Assembly: GCA_002721445.1 (NCBI GenBank)
Contig: PBKN01000012.1
Span: 8,362-72,361, forward strand
DNA length: 64,000 bases
Direction of reading: 5' to 3'
DNA from: Chloroflexota bacterium
GTDB taxonomy: Bacteria > Chloroflexota > Dehalococcoidia > Lucifugimonadales > GCA-002723415
Shown: positions 59,955-64,000 of the stretch, piece after piece
Layout of the letters: every line of letters begins with the position of its first letter
Position numbering within the stretch: position 1 is the stretch's first letter
Notes under the pieces: model-generated
What the model was told of the DNA's origin: nothing
The model's database searches: none
What the model saw: the letters and a program-made list of their open reading frames with translations, nothing else
Made by a program: the position numbers and the translations under genes

Positions 59955-60252
59955 TTTTTTCCTCTGTATCTTCTTTATCTGAATTTTTAAATCCTGAAAA
60001 AAATGATATAAATCTAGAAAATCCAAAACCTAATTTTGATCCTTCAGTTACAGGATTAATAAATTTTTGAGAAAATTTTGTAGTTATACCATCTACTTGT
60101 TCAGAGATATTATCAAATGATTCTAATAATTTCAAAACTCGTCTAAATATTATAACTCCCATAATTAAAATTATTACAGATACTATAATTAGAGTGAAGT
60201 CACGTATTATAACTAATGTTTGTGCAAATTCATTCAATTTCCACCTCAACAA
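59947..60252 (-). CDS. Small DUF948-like membrane protein
   Basis: 101 aa; single N-terminal TM (LIIVSVIILIMGVIIFRRVLKLLESF) followed by an amphipathic tail. Overlaps YtxH. Confidence 0.6.
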   Translation of the reverse strand: MLRWKLNEFAQTLVIIRDFTLIIVSVIILIMGVIIFRRVLKLLESFDNISEQVDGITTKFSQKFINPVTEGSKLGFGFSRFISFFSGFKNSDKEDTEEKNG

Positions 60253-60303
60253 TTACAATGATTTTAACATTTATAAATTTGCTTAACAATAAATATTATT
60301 TAA

Positions 60304-61290
60304 TTATGGTGATATCAGAATCCTGACGAAACCTTTTTCATCTTTTCTTTGAGTTAAAATACTATGTTTTTCTTTCTCTACCCACATTAATATGTCATAA
60401 GTATTCAATACATCTGGAATTACAACTTCAATAAAGGAATCAGATTTATTATTTATTTCTTGAGACAAAGCAGCTATTATACCTGCACAAGTTTTTCCTG
60501 TACCATCAATTACTTTCCATCCATTTGATTCATTAATATTTTTGTTTAGTACACTTATATCTTCTAATACTTCAATATCACCAGACTTACGTAATTCTAC
60601 TTGACGTTTAAATTCAGCTACTGATTCAGAATACACTCCGTTATCTCTATCTCCTTTAGAACACACTGCCCCTCTAACTCCAACAATATCAGGGTTTACC
60701 CTTGTTAATTCATCTAAATCAGACATTTTAAGATGTCCTGATAAAGCAGTACTCATACCATCGGATTTTCCTTCCATTACAATATCTCTTAGCTCTACTT
60801 CAGATAGAAAATCAAACAAATTCCTTCCATCTTTTGTCAAAGTATCTATAAGCCAACCATCACATTTGCCATCTCTAGCTAATTTAGGCATTAAATGAGG
60901 ATCCAATCCTCCATCATATAGAACATTATCAGCAAAAAGTGAACCAATTAACTTTGTCTCTGTACCTTCTAACGCTTCTTTTGAAGCTTGAAGAACTTCA
61001 ACAGACTTATCATAATCCGCTTGCATAAAACCAACTTTTACAGAAGTAGCTTTCATCTGTCCAGCAGCCCAAACAGCCATAGCAACTGTTCCTTCTTGAT
61101 TTGGTACTACTCCTAAAGTTAACGAAGCATGAATATCAGCAGGAACAGCTTTTCTTACATCTTTAAATATATTTGGCTTAGCAGATCCCACTAAAGCTTC
61201 TTGTAGGTTTTTAACATCAACTATATCTGCTCCACCTTTCATAGCTTCATATGCTTCTTTTAAATTTTGAACACTAACCATTAATATCAT
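60304..61290 (-). CDS. MfnB-like (5-formylfuran-3-yl)methyl phosphate synthase domain with C-terminal TusA/SirA-like domain
   Basis: 328 aa; MVSVQNLKEAYEAMKGGADIVDVKN, LIDTLTKDGRNLFDFL, NPDIVGVRGAVCSKGDRDNG (MfnB/DUF556). C-terminal 78 aa: WKVIDGTGKTCAGIIAALSQEI...EVVIPDVLNTYDILMWVEKEKHSIL...GFVRILIS (TusA-like). Confidence 0.82.
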   Translation of the reverse strand: MILMVSVQNLKEAYEAMKGGADIVDVKNLQEALVGSAKPNIFKDVRKAVPADIHASLTLGVVPNQEGTVAMAVWAAGQMKATSVKVGFMQADYDKSVEVLQASKEALEGTETKLIGSLFADNVLYDGGLDPHLMPKLARDGKCDGWLIDTLTKDGRNLFDFLSEVELRDIVMEGKSDGMSTALSGHLKMSDLDELTRVNPDIVGVRGAVCSKGDRDNGVYSESVAEFKRQVELRKSGDIEVLEDISVLNKNINESNGWKVIDGTGKTCAGIIAALSQEINNKSDSFIEVVIPDVLNTYDILMWVEKEKHSILTQRKDEKGFVRILISP

Positions 61291-61306
61291 AATTTATTAC
61301 CACCTA

Positions 61307-62317
61307 TTAATATTTTTTAAGATTTAAAAGATCTAAAGCTGAAGGACGAAAGTCTTTCAAATCCGCTTTAAGCTCTAATTTATCAGAATCACTCATGTTT
61401 AATAATGGATTCCTAACATGTCCACCAGCCATACCCATTAATTCTCCCCAATATTTACATAAAGAAACTGGCAAGACTCCATTCATACTGCTCACTATTC
61501 GAGGCCACCATTTATCAGATATTGATTTTATTGGACGTATTTTTAAATCATAAAAATCTTGATCAATATTTCCTTCTATAGCTTTATCAATAAATTGAAC
61601 ATAATTATTTTTCCCTGGCATGTCAAATCTCCAATCAGACGTATTTGCAAACATAACACGTTGTTGAAAACCCAATTCTTTACCTTTAGCAAATATCCAT
61701 TCATCTGGAGTACTTATTAATACTTTATCTCCTAATAAAATATGAGTATCTATTGATAGCTGTTTATTAAAACTAGCTTCCTTAACTCCAACTACATTTG
61801 GAATATCGCAAATCTTTTTCAAACCTTCAGGTGACATAACAATTCCAAATTGAGGAGAATTATAAAACATTATAGCTAGAGATGTATTTTCAGCTAATAT
61901 TTTTACAAATTCTACTACTTGTTGCTCAGTTTTAGTAACCATATATGGCGCAGCTACCATTAACAAATCAAATCCTAAAGATTCAACATGGCTTGCTAAA
62001 TTAAGCATTTCTTTTACAGATGTATGGGTAACATGAGCTCCAATCATCCAATTGCCTTTAGATTCGTCAGCAAGAATATCATATATCTGAATTTTCTCAG
62101 AAAAGGTTAAACTCCAAAATTCCCCCATACCCCAAGTACACCCTACTCCACTAGTACCCAATGAACGAATACGTCTAATATTTTTTCTTAACCCACCTTC
62201 GTCAATGAGGTCATCTTCAGTAAAAGGGGATATTAATGTAGACCATTGGCCTTTAACATTATATCTAGCCCATTCCTTAGATTCACTTTTACTATATGAT
62301 GGCAATAAAACCTCCAA
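61307..62317 (-). CDS. Dihydrodipicolinate synthase/N-acetylneuraminate lyase superfamily protein
   Basis: 336 aa; TPFTEDD-like ISPFTEDDLIDEGGLRKNIRRIRSLGTSGV, LAIMFYNSPQFGI, IPNVVGVKEAS (Schiff-base Lys). Confidence 0.87.
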   Translation of the reverse strand: MEVLLPSYSKSESKEWARYNVKGQWSTLISPFTEDDLIDEGGLRKNIRRIRSLGTSGVGCTWGMGEFWSLTFSEKIQIYDILADESKGNWMIGAHVTHTSVKEMLNLASHVESLGFDLLMVAAPYMVTKTEQQVVEFVKILAENTSLAIMFYNSPQFGIVMSPEGLKKICDIPNVVGVKEASFNKQLSIDTHILLGDKVLISTPDEWIFAKGKELGFQQRVMFANTSDWRFDMPGKNNYVQFIDKAIEGNIDQDFYDLKIRPIKSISDKWWPRIVSSMNGVLPVSLCKYWGELMGMAGGHVRNPLLNMSDSDKLELKADLKDFRPSALDLLNLKKY

Positions 62318-62397
62318 AACAAATTATTTTAATCAAAGCATGATTTGACTAAATTTAAAATGGTAATTAAATTAAGTAAAAACGCTAGATAATTACT

Positions 62398-62589
62398 TTA
62401 AGCTTTACTCGATACTTTACTTTGATTCCTAAGACACTTAGTACATATACTGACTTGTCGTAAAACACCTTTATCATTTATCTTAGATTTTTGAATATTA
62501 GCCAGTGAACGTGTTCGAGTACGTTTTTTCGAATGACTAACATTATTTCCATACATTCCAGATTTAAGACAAATTTCACACCTAGCCAT
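62398..62589 (-). CDS. rpmB: 50S ribosomal protein L28 (zinc-ribbon type)
   Basis: 63 aa; MARCEICLKSGMYGNNVSHSKKRTRTRSLANIQK, CTKCLRN. Four cysteines in two CxxC pairs. Confidence 0.95.
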   Translation of the reverse strand: MARCEICLKSGMYGNNVSHSKKRTRTRSLANIQKSKINDKGVLRQVSICTKCLRNQSKVSSKA

Positions 62590-62688
62590 AATTCTCCTTT
62601 GACTGTTAATGATGTATTAAGTAGAATCCATATAAATAAAAATTATATATATATATAATAACTAAATAAAATAGATTAGGCAATTGAT

Positions 62689-64000
62689 GAAAATTATTAA
62701 TAATGTAAAAAATTCAAACTCTTTTAACGGCAACAATCTCACCCAAATGTTTATTTATAGTAAGTACTACTTAGAAAAACATGTTGACACTTTAAATTCT
62801 TTAAATGTATTTCCAGTACCAGATGGAGATACTGGAACAAATATGCTTATAACGATTAGAGAAGTTCTTAAGTCAATTGAAAATGACAATAACCCTTCTG
62901 CATCTCATATTTCAAAAACAATGTCTGAAGCTGCTTTAATGGGCGCAAAAGGCAATAGTGGAGTCATATTGTCTCAATTTTTTAAAGGCTTTGAATCAGC
63001 TCTTAAATCAAAACATAATTTTGGATACGAAGAATTTATAATATCTTTAGAATATGCAGTCAAATATTGCTACAAATCCGTAGGAACACCAACTGAAGGA
63101 ACAATACTAACAATTATAAATGTAGCAGCAAAAACAGCTAGGAAATTATATGAAAATGGCACTCCACTTAATGAAATAATTACTCATACTTGTAAAGATG
63201 TAAAAACTTCAGTTCTAAAAACGCCTGAATCTCTAGAAGTTTTAAAAAATGCAGGAGTTATAGATTCAGGAGCATTAGGCTTATATATAATATTAGAAGG
63301 TATAAGAATATATTTAGAAGGAGGAGATTTAAAATCATCAAATATTGACTTTCCAGAAAATTTAAACAAGGCTCCAATAAATCTATCTAACTCATCTTCA
63401 GAAAATATGTTAGACCAAAGCCATGACAAATATGGTAATTGCGTACAGTTTTTTATTTTATCTAATACAATAAATATAGATGAAGTGAAAAAAGAAATTG
63501 AAAAAATAGGTTCATCTCTTGTAGCTGTTGGAAGTGATACTAAAATCAAAATCCATGTCCATTCTGAATCACCTGATAAATTAATTAAAATAGCAAGTAA
63601 ATTTGGTGAAATAACTCAAATTTCTATTGAAGATATGGATGAACAACACCATCAAATTATTTCAAAAGCGAAAAACACCTCTGAAACAATATTATTTTCA
63701 ATATCATCTGGGGAAAAAATTAATAATATATTTACAGAATTTGGAGCAATAAACTTTGATATACAAGAAAATAATTATACTAAAGACAAAATGGAATCTA
63801 TAATATTAAAATCAAAATTTAAAAATGCGATTTTATTGATGAATGGATTTACACTCCCACTTGATTCTAAAATCTTTTCAAACAAATTTATTCACATATT
63901 AAATACTAACAATATAGCTGATGGTATTGCAGCTATACTTAATTATAATCCTGAATTAATGATTGACGAGAACATATCTAACATGGAATCATCATATAAA
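62689..64000 (+). CDS. DhaL/DAK2-domain protein (FakA/YloV-like fatty-acid kinase subunit), 3'-truncated by the window edge
   Basis: Manually translated from ATG 62689: LNSLNVFPVPDGDTGTNMLITIREVLKSI ... EAALMGAKGNSGVILSQFFKGF. Frame remains open to the window end; absent from the ORF track. Confidence 0.92.

Noticed and set aside
59955-60026. N-terminal extension of the YtxH ORF (MDFLDLYHFFQDLKIQIKKIQRK)
   Set aside because: The extension overlaps the upstream membrane protein gene, and the natural start is MAKKDNGG, giving an 8-nt translationally coupled overlap.
62648-62661. AT dinucleotide run (atatatatatatataa)
   Set aside because: Short low-complexity tract, expected in an AT-rich intergenic region. 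No evidence of regulatory function.
63184-63549. 121-aa minus-strand ORF
   Set aside because: Antisense to the DhaL/FakA-like gene that the track omitted because it runs off the window edge.
1-64000. CRISPR, prophage, transposase, restriction-modification, toxin-antitoxin or retron-like systems
   Set aside because: No regularly spaced direct repeats, transposase/integrase/recombinase, reverse transcriptase, methyltransferase-nuclease pairs or small paired TA-like ORFs were recognised on either strand.

Overview
AT-rich, densely packed bacterial chromosomal window. The gene content (F420 ligase CofE, UPF0182, late menaquinone-type ubiX/ubiA/ubiD trio, HyuAB, PhyH dioxygenases, malate synthase G) suggests a marine Chloroflexota/SAR202-like genome, but that taxonomic call is inference. 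Most genes are housekeeping or biosynthetic: prs, secA, valS, leuS, leuB, argC/argH/argG/argD/argB/argJ, nth, tsaD, rpe, folB, pheA, rpmB, trkH/trkA, and one tRNA-Glu(UUC). I found no CRISPR array, prophage, transposon, restriction-modification system or toxin-antitoxin system. The strongest second-look items are: (1) an MfnB-like (5-formylfuran-3-yl)methyl phosphate synthase fused to a C-terminal TusA/SirA-like domain, next to a DHDPS-family gene; (2) a tandem pair of D-threonine-aldolase/D-serine-dehydratase-like proteins in which the second copy appears to have lost the PLP lysine; (3) a probable non-canonical ATT start codon for argB, and a weaker similar case for a UspA-like gene; (4) a protein fusing a CinA-C-like domain to a nucleotidyltransferase; (5) an internally duplicated small-domain protein next to an orphan molybdopterin hydroxylase large subunit and an orphan half TPP enzyme; (6) a K+ uptake cluster with two extra RCK_N-only proteins. 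All family assignments come from reading sequence motifs; no database search was run.
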